Shown here in pieces: positions 8,547 to 18,057 of a DNA stretch of 32,000 bases (its first letter is position 1; each line of letters starts with the position of its first letter). The notes beneath the pieces were generated by a model, which was given only the letters and a program-made list of their open reading frames with translations, searched no databases and had not been told where the DNA came from. The DNA lies in NCBI RefSeq assembly GCF_900079115.1, contig NZ_LT549890.1, positions 2,580,001 to 2,612,000 on the forward strand. The letters are read 5' to 3'. A program made the translations under genes and the position numbers. The stretch is from Saccharolobus solfataricus. GTDB lineage: Archaea; Thermoproteota; Thermoprotei_A; Sulfolobales; Sulfolobaceae.

Positions 8547-10818
8547 TTAGCTGCAATACATACTCAGGGGTTATTGGTATTTCAACCCTATTGATAGGTT
8601 TCTTCACTATATCCTCTAAGGCATTAATAATTGCAGCTGGAGGTACAGTTGCTCCTCCTTCAGCAACGCCTTTGGTCCCTAGTGGTGTGAAAGGTGAGGG
8701 GTTTATCATATGCTGTATCTCGAAATTAGGTACCTCTTCTGCTGAAGGAATCCAATAATCTGCAAAAGAGGTTTGCTTTGGAATTCCGTTTTCATCGTAT
8801 TCCACTTTTTCTAAGAGTGATGCTCCTATCCCCATGGTAGTACCTCCCATTAATTGCCCATCGACTATCATGGGGTTTATCATAGTTCCGCAATCACTTA
8901 ATATCACGTACTTGAGGATTTTTATAAACCCTGTATCCTTATCGACCCTAATTACTATACCGTGCGCATTGACACCATAGGTTGTAGAGAAATTCACTCT
9001 TCTCTTCTCGTCTGCAATATTCACGTTATATGAATTGATAGTGACCGAAACATCTAATCCGATCTCATCTCCTATCAAATACGATCTGTTATATATCATA
9101 TTAACGGCTTCCTTAACATTAATTGATCTGTTACCTATTTTTACTGTTCCATTATCTATTTTTACATCATCCTTTTCTACGTTAAACATCTTGGCTAAAT
9201 ACTCTCTCATTTTTTCCTTTAATTTTAGGGAAGCAATGTAAACAGCTGAAATACCTACTACAGAGAACCTACTACCGTAAAATCCAGTACCTGGCGGACC
9301 GGCAGTATCACCTAAGATGACCTTTACATCCTCAATTGGTATACCTAGAACATCAGCAACCACTTGGGATATTGCAGTCTCATGTCCAGTACCCATAGTA
9401 TTAGTTGAAAGAAACACCGTAACATCACCTCCGCTATCTATCCTCATGTAAACTCCTTCATAATAGGGTGTTCTAGGCTTGTTAACTACTAGTGTTTGGA
9501 ATGCTAATGAAGATCCAGGTTCTAAGGCGAATGCTATTCCAACTCCCGTGTACTTATCCTTATCCTTAACTTCTAGTTGGCTTATGAGTTTCTTTAATGC
9601 CTCTCTGTAATTCCCACTGTCGTATATTGCACCGGTTATGTGTTCATAAGGAAGTTTATCGATGAAATTCTTCGTTCTTAATTCTATCTCATCAATGCCA
9701 TTTACTTTGGAAATACTTTTCACAAGGTTTTCTAAAACTAGCACTGCCGGTGGGATTCCCAATCCCCTATATGCCCCAGTCGGAGGTTTATTCGTAACTA
9801 CTCCAGATACTCTAAACTTGAGGTATTTCATCTTATACGGTCCTACTAGTTGGTATATTTGTCTGAGAATCGGTAAGGGTTGGTAGGTATGTAAATACGC
9901 TCCAAAGTCTTCCACTAGGTCAACTATTGCTCCCAATATTTCATCCCCCTTAAATAGAATCTTGGCAGTGTAATGTCTATCTGGCCCGTGGATTGCAGAA
10001 ATTACATGCTCATATCTAGTCTCTATATACTTTACTGGTCTTCCAGTTAATATCGAAGCTAGGGCGGTCATAGCTAGAGGTTTCAGGAAAATTTTTCCAC
10101 CAAATCCCCCTCCAGAATCTGGGACGATAATTCTGACTTTAGATCTAGGAATATTGAAGATAATGCTTAGGGCTGTCTTAAAGACTTGCGGAACTTGCGT
10201 ATTTGCATATATTGTCAAGTTTCCGCTAACCTTATCGAAGTCAGCTATAACCCCATTGGTTTCAAGAGGCGCCGGCAAAATCCTATTATATCTAAACGTC
10301 TTTTCTACGTAGTGGTAATCCTTTGGTTCCTCTCCATATTCGAAAATATCACTATACACAATGTTAGAGCCAAGTTCCTTATGAAGAATAAGTGAATTAG
10401 GTTCTATCGCCTTGAATGGATCAGTTATTGGTTCTATAGGTTCATAATCCACATCAACCAGTTCTAAGGCATCGTAAACCTCATATCTATCCCTACCTAG
10501 CACTAACGCTATTGGTTCGCCAAAATACTTAGCCTCTTCCTTGGCTAAAATATATTCCTTAGGTGCTCTCTTAGGATCAGGTATGAAAAAATTAGGTAAT
10601 GGCGAAAATTCCTTCGTATCTTCAAATGTTATTACGTTAAATCCTCTTTCCTCGGCTCTTTTGGGATCAAGCTTAAATTTAGCCCAAGCGTAATTCGACC
10701 TTAATACTGCCATGTATTGCATATTTGGTAAGTAAATGTCGTCTATGTATCTACCTTTTCCAGTTAAAAATCGTAAATCTTCAACTCTCTTAACTGAACT
10801 ACCAATATACACGGTCAC
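8530..10818 (-). CDS. xanthine-oxidase-family molybdenum hydroxylase, large (CoxL/CutA-like) subunit
   Basis: 762-aa ORF with the N-terminal SVKRVEDLRFLTGKGRYIDD motif, the GGGFGGK motif and a GAYRGLG active-site-loop-like motif. Its GTG start overlaps the ACAD stop (GTGA). Confidence 0.88.
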   Translation of the reverse strand: MTVYIGSSVKRVEDLRFLTGKGRYIDDIYLPNMQYMAVLRSNYAWAKFKLDPKRAEERGFNVITFEDTKEFSPLPNFFIPDPKRAPKEYILAKEEAKYFGEPIALVLGRDRYEVYDALELVDVDYEPIEPITDPFKAIEPNSLILHKELGSNIVYSDIFEYGEEPKDYHYVEKTFRYNRILPAPLETNGVIADFDKVSGNLTIYANTQVPQVFKTALSIIFNIPRSKVRIIVPDSGGGFGGKIFLKPLAMTALASILTGRPVKYIETRYEHVISAIHGPDRHYTAKILFKGDEILGAIVDLVEDFGAYLHTYQPLPILRQIYQLVGPYKMKYLKFRVSGVVTNKPPTGAYRGLGIPPAVLVLENLVKSISKVNGIDEIELRTKNFIDKLPYEHITGAIYDSGNYREALKKLISQLEVKDKDKYTGVGIAFALEPGSSLAFQTLVVNKPRTPYYEGVYMRIDSGGDVTVFLSTNTMGTGHETAISQVVADVLGIPIEDVKVILGDTAGPPGTGFYGSRFSVVGISAVYIASLKLKEKMREYLAKMFNVEKDDVKIDNGTVKIGNRSINVKEAVNMIYNRSYLIGDEIGLDVSVTINSYNVNIADEKRRVNFSTTYGVNAHGIVIRVDKDTGFIKILKYVILSDCGTMINPMIVDGQLMGGTTMGIGASLLEKVEYDENGIPKQTSFADYWIPSAEEVPNFEIQHMINPSPFTPLGTKGVAEGGATVPPAAIINALEDIVKKPINRVEIPITPEYVLQLINDMS

Positions 10819-12011
10819 ACCTTATATCCAATGAATTTATTATAGAGGAACCTTGCCGCGCTTATTCTTTGAATATCGTTTGTCCCTTCATATGTTTTCA
10901 TAATTTGTAAATCTCTTAACATTCTCTCCAGTCCGGTAGATGTAGTAACACCGTAACCCCCATATACACTCATAGCCCTTAATATAATCCTCTCAGCAGA
11001 TTCCGTGGATATAAATTTAGCCAATGAAGCAGCAACAGTGTATTCGTTTTCTTTCCCATTTCTAAACAGCGTCCCAGCCCAATATGTTATTAGCCTAGCT
11101 ACCTCCAAATCTGCTAATGATTCAGAAACTTTAGTCTGTACTAATTGAAATTCTGCTAGTTTCTTTTCGAATGCAGATCTTTGAAGTGAATAATTAATCA
11201 TTTTCTCCAAAGCGGCTTGTCCAATCCCTAATGCTTGTGAAGCAACTATGGTTCTAGCAAAATCAAAAGAACTTACTGCATATTTAAATCCATTACCTTC
11301 CTCTCCAAGTAGATTTTCAGTCTGTACTTTTACATCTTCCAATAAAATCTCGGCAGTATGCGAAGATCTTAGCCCAGTAGTTTCAATTCTACTCACTGGT
11401 TTTACAGCATCCTTCTCTACAACAAACATCGAAATTCCTTTCCATCTAGCCTTAGGATCTGGAGGTGAAGTTCTAGCGGCTATTAAGTAATAATCCGCAA
11501 TATCGCCATTGGTTATGAAAATCTTCCTGCCATTTATTACATATTCGCCATCTAATTTCTTTGCAGTTGTCTTTATACCAGCTACATCTGAACCAGCTAC
11601 TGGTTCAGTAACAGCAAATGCTGCTACTTTATCTCCATTGGCAACTGGTATTACATATTTTTTCTTTAGTTCTTCATTTCCAAATCTGGATAACGCATAA
11701 ATAAACATCCAATTTATTAATAGAAATGTGCTGAAAGAGGGCCAAATTCTAGCTATTTCCTCTGTTGCTGTAAGTAAGGACAAATAGTCCGCACCTTGTC
11801 CCCCTAAATCTTGGCTTGCAAATAATCCATATAGACCTATTTCCTTAGCCTTTTGCTTAGCCTCTAAGGGGATATCTAATTCTTTTTCACCTCTTTCCAC
11901 ATACTTCGCCAATACATTTTCAGCAAAATCCCTAACTGCACTTCTTAATAATTCATGATCTTGGGTTATTTCTACTTTAAAATCCTCCAAGGACTTAAAA
12001 GGAAATACCAT
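10815..12011 (-). CDS. acyl-CoA dehydrogenase
   Basis: 398-aa ORF with AFAVTEPVAGSD, and YEGTNDIQRI near the C-terminus. This is the classical ACAD fold signature. Confidence 0.9.
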   Translation of the reverse strand: MVFPFKSLEDFKVEITQDHELLRSAVRDFAENVLAKYVERGEKELDIPLEAKQKAKEIGLYGLFASQDLGGQGADYLSLLTATEEIARIWPSFSTFLLINWMFIYALSRFGNEELKKKYVIPVANGDKVAAFAVTEPVAGSDVAGIKTTAKKLDGEYVINGRKIFITNGDIADYYLIAARTSPPDPKARWKGISMFVVEKDAVKPVSRIETTGLRSSHTAEILLEDVKVQTENLLGEEGNGFKYAVSSFDFARTIVASQALGIGQAALEKMINYSLQRSAFEKKLAEFQLVQTKVSESLADLEVARLITYWAGTLFRNGKENEYTVAASLAKFISTESAERIILRAMSVYGGYGVTTSTGLERMLRDLQIMKTYEGTNDIQRISAARFLYNKFIGYKV

Positions 12012-12036
12012 TAAAATAAAATCGTTTTTATCATTA

Positions 12037-12900
12037 TTATTTTTTCCCTAGCTTACTCAACATAGCTTTACAGAAATCAATCGCGTTGCCTACAACCAAG
12101 TAATCTGCATTTTCAAGTATTGGGGCGTTTTTATCAATATTAACAGCAACTATAATTTTCGAATCCCTTATACCAGCTATATGCTGAGGCTGACCAGATA
12201 TTCCCAAGGCTATATACAATTTTGGCCTAATTCTTAAACCGGATAAACCTATTTGTCTATCTTCTGAAACCCAATTGAGCTCGGCAGCCACTGGTCTGCT
12301 TCCACCAACTGCTCCACCTAATGCCTTTGCCAATTCTTCAGCATATTTTACGTTTTCCTTAGATCCAATTCCTCTTCCCACACCAACTACAATATCTGCA
12401 GTAGCTAAATTAACTCCAGAGGAAGTTGATTTCCTACCGACAATTTTAACCCTACCCTCTTTCAATTGAACCTTCTCTACACTGGGCTGAAGTTCCTTAG
12501 GTTGTAATTGCGTATTTGCAATAGTTATGACAATTGGTAACTCGCTCTCTAGAGTAACTAACCCCATTCCACTATAGGCTACTCTATTTAACGTGACCTT
12601 TTTATCTTCAACCTTTAGTGAGACTACATCAGTAGCAATAGGTAACTTTAACCTCCCCGCTACTCTTCCAGCTATTGCCCTATCCCTTCTCACATTTCCA
12701 GTTAGTATTACATCTGGAGATAGTGAAGATATTAAATCCACAATACCATCTTCATCTATTTTATCAATAATGTATAGTTTATTTACGAACTTAACATTCT
12801 CATTGTCGGATATTCCTATTACTTCTCCCCCGAAGCTTTGAGCTACAGCTGCCGCCATTCTCAAGAATACCGGACTTTCCGAGAACACTACAGTTTTCAT
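12037..12900 (-). CDS. etfA: electron transfer flavoprotein, alpha subunit
   Basis: Carries the C-terminal ETF-alpha FAD signature PKLYIALGISGQPQHIAGIRDSKIIVAVNIDKNAPI. A 1-nt gap separates it from etfB. Confidence 0.9.
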   Translation of the reverse strand: MKTVVFSESPVFLRMAAAVAQSFGGEVIGISDNENVKFVNKLYIIDKIDEDGIVDLISSLSPDVILTGNVRRDRAIAGRVAGRLKLPIATDVVSLKVEDKKVTLNRVAYSGMGLVTLESELPIVITIANTQLQPKELQPSVEKVQLKEGRVKIVGRKSTSSGVNLATADIVVGVGRGIGSKENVKYAEELAKALGGAVGGSRPVAAELNWVSEDRQIGLSGLRIRPKLYIALGISGQPQHIAGIRDSKIIVAVNIDKNAPILENADYLVVGNAIDFCKAMLSKLGKK

Positions 12901-12901
12901 A

Positions 12902-13630
12902 TTAGATCACCCCATCAGACTTTAAATATTCAATTAATTTATCAACAGCTTTATTAATATCGCTCTCTTCAATAACTATTCTCTTTCTATTCACAATCAT
13001 TGGTTTAATTTCCCTTATTCTAACCTTAGATTGTGCGTCGAATTTAACTTCTTTAACTGGTTTCTTAGACGATTCCATGATTTGCTTAACGCTGGGAATT
13101 CTGGGAGTATTTATTTCGCCACCAACACTAACAATTATAGGCAAACTTGATTCTACAGTCTCAAGATAGCTTACCATTCCCCTATCTGCCACAACCTTGT
13201 TTCCCTCGATTTTTAGTGATTTTACGTTAGAAATATAAGGTAGGCCAAGGAGTTCGGAAACATAAGCTGGTAAGGCCGAAGTTCCGCTATCAGTTGTCAT
13301 TTCTGAAAACAATATTATATCTGGATTTAGGGTCTTCACATTTTCAGCTATCGCCATAGCGGTAACGTAAACGTCCGGATCTTTAACTAATATTGCTATT
13401 ACTTCATCAACTCCCATAGCTAAAGCTTCCCTAATGCTCTTTCTATCGTTATTGCCTACTGTAATACCAGTAACCTTACCTCCGAACTTTTCCTTTAACC
13501 GTATAGCCTCTTCAATAGCGTTCTTATCATAAGTGCTTACCTTCAATGGAGCGTCAGTATTTAGTTTATCTCCCACAACCTTAATCATTTGATCGTCCGG
13601 AACTATCTTAAAACCAACAATAATGTTCAT
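12902..13630 (-). CDS. etfB: electron transfer flavoprotein, beta subunit
   Basis: 242-aa ORF with an N-terminal MNIIVGFKIVPD... pattern and a length typical of ETF-beta. It lies immediately upstream of etfA. Confidence 0.88.
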   Translation of the reverse strand: MNIIVGFKIVPDDQMIKVVGDKLNTDAPLKVSTYDKNAIEEAIRLKEKFGGKVTGITVGNNDRKSIREALAMGVDEVIAILVKDPDVYVTAMAIAENVKTLNPDIILFSEMTTDSGTSALPAYVSELLGLPYISNVKSLKIEGNKVVADRGMVSYLETVESSLPIIVSVGGEINTPRIPSVKQIMESSKKPVKEVKFDAQSKVRIREIKPMIVNRKRIVIEESDINKAVDKLIEYLKSDGVI

Positions 13631-13645
13631 ATTTTAATTTCAGAT

Positions 13646-13667
13646 TGACTATTTATAAAACTAGTCA
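13646..13667 (-). promoter_or_regulatory. TATA box flanked by a 6-bp palindrome in the etfB / membrane-polyferredoxin divergent control region
   Basis: The sequence is TGACTA-tttataaaac-TAGTCA. The TATA element is centred about 25 nt upstream of the etfB ATG at 13630. Confidence 0.4.
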
Positions 13668-13726
13668 CAATTTCTGATATTTTAAGCAAAACTTTTTAGC
13701 GTTAAAAAGAAATATAATGTGAGATT

Positions 13727-15610
13727 ATGACCTTGCTTCCAATAATAATTACAATTACTATGCTTCTGGCAATGTTTTACGTAATTTACGAAGTGGAAAA
13801 GTGGATATCAATAAGGAGAGTGCTATTAGCGCTGTACGTTGAAGGAATGATGTTAATAATGAATATAGGCGCTTACCTTTATCTACTCAGTAATAATCCC
13901 TTCTACTTTTTGATAACCAATTCCGCATATATGATTTTCGGACTATATCCATTACTTAACATAAAAGAAGTGAAAAAGAGACAGTTTATATATGGTATAT
14001 TTGCATTATTTATGGTAATTTCTGAAATAACAATGGGAGCATTAATATATACTTTAGAAACCTCAACCCCAGCTAATATAGATACGTCGATTGAGAATAT
14101 ATATTTCGTGAGTGTAATGGTAGTTGAAATGGTGTTTACGCTAATTCTATCCTTTAGAAATATTAACAAGACATTAAGGAACTATTTAATAGGTTTATTA
14201 CTTTTAATGCCCTGGTTTCCTCAAATATTTCCATCAGTAAATTTACCAATATGGCTTTCCGCTATTATAATGATAGGAGATACAATATTAATTTACGATT
14301 CTCTTTATAGTCAGAGATTAAGGGCATCCCAAGAGACGTTTACAACAATTGAACTAATAATTATTTTCACTTTAATGATGATAGGGGAGTTCTTCTTCTT
14401 CCTCTATAATACCTTACTAGTTTTCGATATATCAATGATAATAGGAATGATATGGTTCATTTATAGAGCTCTGGCTGGACCAAACTCAAGAAAAGGGAAT
14501 TACACTAAGAATCCTATATTGGCGTTTACAATAATCTTCCTTACATTCGTTATGGAATTCTTCATGGGCGGGGTATTAGATTTTGTTGAGGGAATCTTTT
14601 CACCTGGAGTTTCTGGATTTATAAATAGTCTAACACTGCCATGGGAACCCTTAACAAATCCGATAAACACATTATGGAATTTCATAAACATAGTTGGATC
14701 TGTTCTAGGTTCGATGTGGTTTTTGATAATGATGGGAATAGAAATGGGATTCCTAGCGTTTAAAAAGATGTTAGAAATGAGGGTTAGGGAAGTAAGGATT
14801 AGGATGAGTTTAATGATCCTAGCATACGCGTTATATACGATTTACATACCAATGTTTAGCCCAATTTCAGATCACTTACCCTATTTACCTTATATGTGGT
14901 CAATGGGGATTGGAACTTTAGGAGGAGTTTCAAATTCCGTACTCTTAGGACTTATAGGAACTTATGTAGTTTACGCACTTCTCTCTTTCTTATTTGGATC
15001 TAGAAATTTATGTGCCATAAGTTGTACTGCACCCTTAATGTATCAAGGTACCTTTTATGACTCACTTAAGGTTTATAATAGGACGTCGAAGCTAGGAAGA
15101 AAAATGATGACGTCAAGACTATCAAACTGGTTCAAAATTGTAACGCTCAGCATTTCAATATTGGTATTAGTGGCTTCCATTATATCTTATCTTAATTCGT
15201 TAGGCATAATTAATTTTACAATATTCGGCGCTGATATTACAGTTCTAATATATTTCATTTGGTTTGATATAATCTGGTATCTCCTATTCATTTCTATACC
15301 ATTCTTAGGTACATTTGCGTGCATTAATACTGGATATTGTTATTGGGGCGTGTTTAATCAAGCCGTTAGTAGTATAGGTTTATTTAGACTAAAGGTTAAG
15401 GATCCAATGATATGCGTTAATTGTAAAACAGTAGATTGTGCATCTGCTTGTCCAGTTGGGATTACAGATATGAGAGGATGGTTTATAAAGAAGGGAGAGT
15501 TTAAGTCGTTTAAGTGTGTTGGATTAGGGGAATGCGTGAACGCCTGTCCATATGACAACATTTTCTTTTACGATGTGAGGCACTGGATAAAGGAGCGGTT
15601 TAAACACTAA
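13727..15610 (+). CDS. polytopic membrane protein with a C-terminal 2x[4Fe-4S] ferredoxin domain (NapH/polyferredoxin-like C-terminal half)
   Basis: 627-aa ORF with many hydrophobic segments. The C-terminus has CVNCKTVDCASACP and CVGLGECVNACP. Additional membrane-proximal Cys pairs are present (CAISCTAP, FACINTGYCYWG). Confidence 0.75.
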   Translation: MTLLPIIITITMLLAMFYVIYEVEKWISIRRVLLALYVEGMMLIMNIGAYLYLLSNNPFYFLITNSAYMIFGLYPLLNIKEVKKRQFIYGIFALFMVISEITMGALIYTLETSTPANIDTSIENIYFVSVMVVEMVFTLILSFRNINKTLRNYLIGLLLLMPWFPQIFPSVNLPIWLSAIIMIGDTILIYDSLYSQRLRASQETFTTIELIIIFTLMMIGEFFFFLYNTLLVFDISMIIGMIWFIYRALAGPNSRKGNYTKNPILAFTIIFLTFVMEFFMGGVLDFVEGIFSPGVSGFINSLTLPWEPLTNPINTLWNFINIVGSVLGSMWFLIMMGIEMGFLAFKKMLEMRVREVRIRMSLMILAYALYTIYIPMFSPISDHLPYLPYMWSMGIGTLGGVSNSVLLGLIGTYVVYALLSFLFGSRNLCAISCTAPLMYQGTFYDSLKVYNRTSKLGRKMMTSRLSNWFKIVTLSISILVLVASIISYLNSLGIINFTIFGADITVLIYFIWFDIIWYLLFISIPFLGTFACINTGYCYWGVFNQAVSSIGLFRLKVKDPMICVNCKTVDCASACPVGITDMRGWFIKKGEFKSFKCVGLGECVNACPYDNIFFYDVRHWIKERFKH

Positions 15611-15693
15611 GTAGATTTTTTATTCATACTTAACTTTTTTACAGACTATCAAAAGATAACTTTTTATTATATAAAGTATAAAAGAGATATAGT

Positions 15694-16671
15694 ATGCCGT
15701 TAAAGACATATGATACAATAATAGTTGGGGCAGGGATTGCTGGATTAAGTGCGGCATTATATTCTTCAAGACAAAAACTATCAACGTTAGTACTTTCAAA
15801 AGATCTTGGTGGACAATTAACGTTAACTGATTTAATAGAAAATTATCCAGGGATAGAGTCAACCGGAGGGTTAACTCTAGCGCAAAAGATTGAGAAACAA
15901 GCTAAGAAGTTCGGAGCGGAATTCATTTATGGAGAGGAAGTTAAAGAGATCGCACAAGAGTCGGATTTATTCATAATAAAGGGTATTAAAGGTGAATATG
16001 CTGGAAGGGCTCTAATTTTAGCGTTTGGTAAAACTCCAAGGGAAATTAATGTACCAGGTGAGCAAGAGTTTAAAGGGAAAGGGGTATCATACTGTGCAAT
16101 ATGTGATGCAGCATTCTTCAAGGGTAAGCCAGCGGCTGTAATAGGCGAAGGTGAACCTGGAATAGAAGCTATAGAATTGTTATCAAATTACGCAAACCCA
16201 GCATATTATATTACCTCATCTTCTTATCTAGCAGGTGAGGAGGAGATTGTAAAAAATGTAGTGAATAAACCCACAGTTAAAATATTAACATCTTCAAGAG
16301 TCTTAGAAATAAGAGGGAATAGTAAGGTTGAAGAGTTAGTGATAAAGAGAGGGGATGAAATATTACAATTGAAAGTAGATGGTGTGATAATAGAGATGGG
16401 CTATACTCTTAAAACGGAGTTTCTAAAAGGATTTGTTGAGTTAAATGAGAAAGGCGAGATAATTGTGGATGAGTTAGGAAGAACGAGTAGGGAGGGAGTA
16501 TTTGCAGCTGGTGATGTTACTCAAACACCGTATAAGCAAGCAGTTGTAGCTGCTGCTGAGGGAGTTAAGGCTGCATTGTCAGCCTATAACTATATTAGAA
16601 GTAAAAGAGGTCTTCCGCCAGTTACCGTAGACTGGAAAGCAGAAAAGAAGAAGGTTAGCTTTAGACTCTAA
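15694..16671 (+). CDS. trxB: thioredoxin reductase (pyridine nucleotide-disulfide oxidoreductase)
   Basis: Carries the [10 protein letters not shown] dinucleotide fold, the redox-active CAIC motif ([12 protein letters not shown]) and AAGDVT. Confidence 0.88.
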   Translation: MPLKTYDTIIVGAGIAGLSAALYSSRQKLSTLVLSKDLGGQLTLTDLIENYPGIESTGGLTLAQKIEKQAKKFGAEFIYGEEVKEIAQESDLFIIKGIKGEYAGRALILAFGKTPREINVPGEQEFKGKGVSYCAICDAAFFKGKPAAVIGEGEPGIEAIELLSNYANPAYYITSSSYLAGEEEIVKNVVNKPTVKILTSSRVLEIRGNSKVEELVIKRGDEILQLKVDGVIIEMGYTLKTEFLKGFVELNEKGEIIVDELGRTSREGVFAAGDVTQTPYKQAVVAAAEGVKAALSAYNYIRSKRGLPPVTVDWKAEKKKVSFRL

Positions 16672-16698
16672 CTTTTTATCTTTATCTTTTAAATATTA

Positions 16699-18057
16699 TT
16701 GATGCAAACGTACTTTGTTCCTTTAGCTGTTGATCAGAATTATAATGAGATAAATTTTCATAAACAAATTGCAATCTCCTTGTTGAATTTAGACCTTGAG
16801 AAGAAGGAGAAAGTAGTAAGGGCATCAATTATAGGATGGCCTCTGTTAATAAAAAAGACTGAACAAGGATTTCTAGTCTTAGATCAAACTTTGAGAGTTT
16901 CCTCAAGAATATTAAAGTATATCTACCCACCATTCAACGATGTTGCTTCAGAATTTTCCTCGATGAATGATTACACAACATTCGTTTCTAATTTGAAGAA
17001 GATAAATTTGAAGCGTGTAAGCTCCAATGAAATAACATTAATTGGTTTGCTAAATATCGAAATTGACAAATTACTTAAAGTCGCAAAGAATAGTGTAAAC
17101 GCAAATTATCAATTATTTATGTTAGATTCCAAACTTAGCGACCATGATGTAAAGGTGATTAAGGATACCTTGATTAGCTTAAAGGCTGAAGCTATATTTA
17201 CAATAACGTCGTTAGAAAGCCTGGTGAAGGAAGTGGATGATGTTAGGGTAAGGATAAAAAAGGGCTATGCCAGTAAGTTAGAGGCGACTACGAAAAAATA
17301 TAATGAGTTAATTGAAAATAAGAAAAAGGAGATTGATAACGAGGTTCAGAAAGCCAATAGTGAGATATACAATGAAACAAACAGTGAGATTAGCTCTAGA
17401 ATCTCAAGACTTACTGATATTACAACAAGGCATATTGTTGTGAGTTTGAAGTATGAAGGGGGAATTGTAGGGAGAGATGAATTCGAGAATTCCAAGAACG
17501 AGTTTGAAAATCTTTTGAATGAATTTAGGCAAATAAAAGATTCAGTTGCTGGGAAATATTTGGAGAAGATTAAAAATTTAAGAAAAGAACTTGATTCCTT
17601 GTATTCCGAAAGGAATTCAGAGATAGAGAATATAAATAAATTAATGAAAGATCTGGACAACGTGACAAATGATTTTAAGAATGATGCGAATAAGGTTAAA
17701 GAGAACATTGAGAATTTCATAAAGTATATAGAGTCTTTCTATAATACTAAGTTAGATATGGCTGAGGACAGTACTTTAGTCATACCATTCCTAATAGCTA
17801 AAACAAATACTGGAAATACTTTGGTTGTGCAACCTCAAGTTTATAAGGGAAAGACTAGGGGCATTTTAGGCAAGGTTTTCAAGAAGTCTGATTTATCGGA
17901 GCCGTTATTAAACCTTCAAGTATTTACCGAGTATTTAAAGACTATCGATATAATTGATAATGTTAAGATACATTCTATACAAATAAATAATGCATTAAAG
18001 GAAATTAATGATGAAGGTTGGAGGAGCCTTGATTCCCTCGAGGAGATTTACGCATGA
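16699..18057 (+). CDS. hypothetical coiled-coil protein (452 aa)
   Basis: Long ORF with a TTG at 16699 and an ATG at 16702. The central ~200 aa are rich in K/E/N heptad-like sequence. No enzymatic motif is recognised. Confidence 0.7.
   Translation: MMQTYFVPLAVDQNYNEINFHKQIAISLLNLDLEKKEKVVRASIIGWPLLIKKTEQGFLVLDQTLRVSSRILKYIYPPFNDVASEFSSMNDYTTFVSNLKKINLKRVSSNEITLIGLLNIEIDKLLKVAKNSVNANYQLFMLDSKLSDHDVKVIKDTLISLKAEAIFTITSLESLVKEVDDVRVRIKKGYASKLEATTKKYNELIENKKKEIDNEVQKANSEIYNETNSEISSRISRLTDITTRHIVVSLKYEGGIVGRDEFENSKNEFENLLNEFRQIKDSVAGKYLEKIKNLRKELDSLYSERNSEIENINKLMKDLDNVTNDFKNDANKVKENIENFIKYIESFYNTKLDMAEDSTLVIPFLIAKTNTGNTLVVQPQVYKGKTRGILGKVFKKSDLSEPLLNLQVFTEYLKTIDIIDNVKIHSIQINNALKEINDEGWRSLDSLEEIYA

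Noticed and set aside
8537-10395. Four + strand ORFs (68-74 aa) within the CoxL-like gene.
   Set aside because: All are antisense to a 762-aa CDS with family motifs, and none has a motif of its own.
11248-12841. + strand ORFs (63-82 aa) within the ACAD and etfA genes.
   Set aside because: They are antisense shadows of strongly supported CDSs.
13903-15561. Three minus-strand ORFs (63-88 aa) inside the 627-aa membrane protein gene.
   Set aside because: They are antisense shadows with no independent support.
15620-15862. 80-aa minus-strand ORF spanning the trxB promoter and start.
   Set aside because: It overlaps the well-supported trxB N-terminus (GxGxxG fold) in antisense. Its AT-rich, Leu/Ile-rich translation is probably spurious.
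15927-16121. 64-aa minus-strand ORF inside trxB.
   Set aside because: It is an antisense shadow.
17346-17720. 124-aa minus-strand ORF inside the coiled-coil gene.
   Set aside because: It is antisense to the repetitive K/E/N-rich region. The mirror-image F/L/S-rich low-complexity translation is typical of a shadow ORF.
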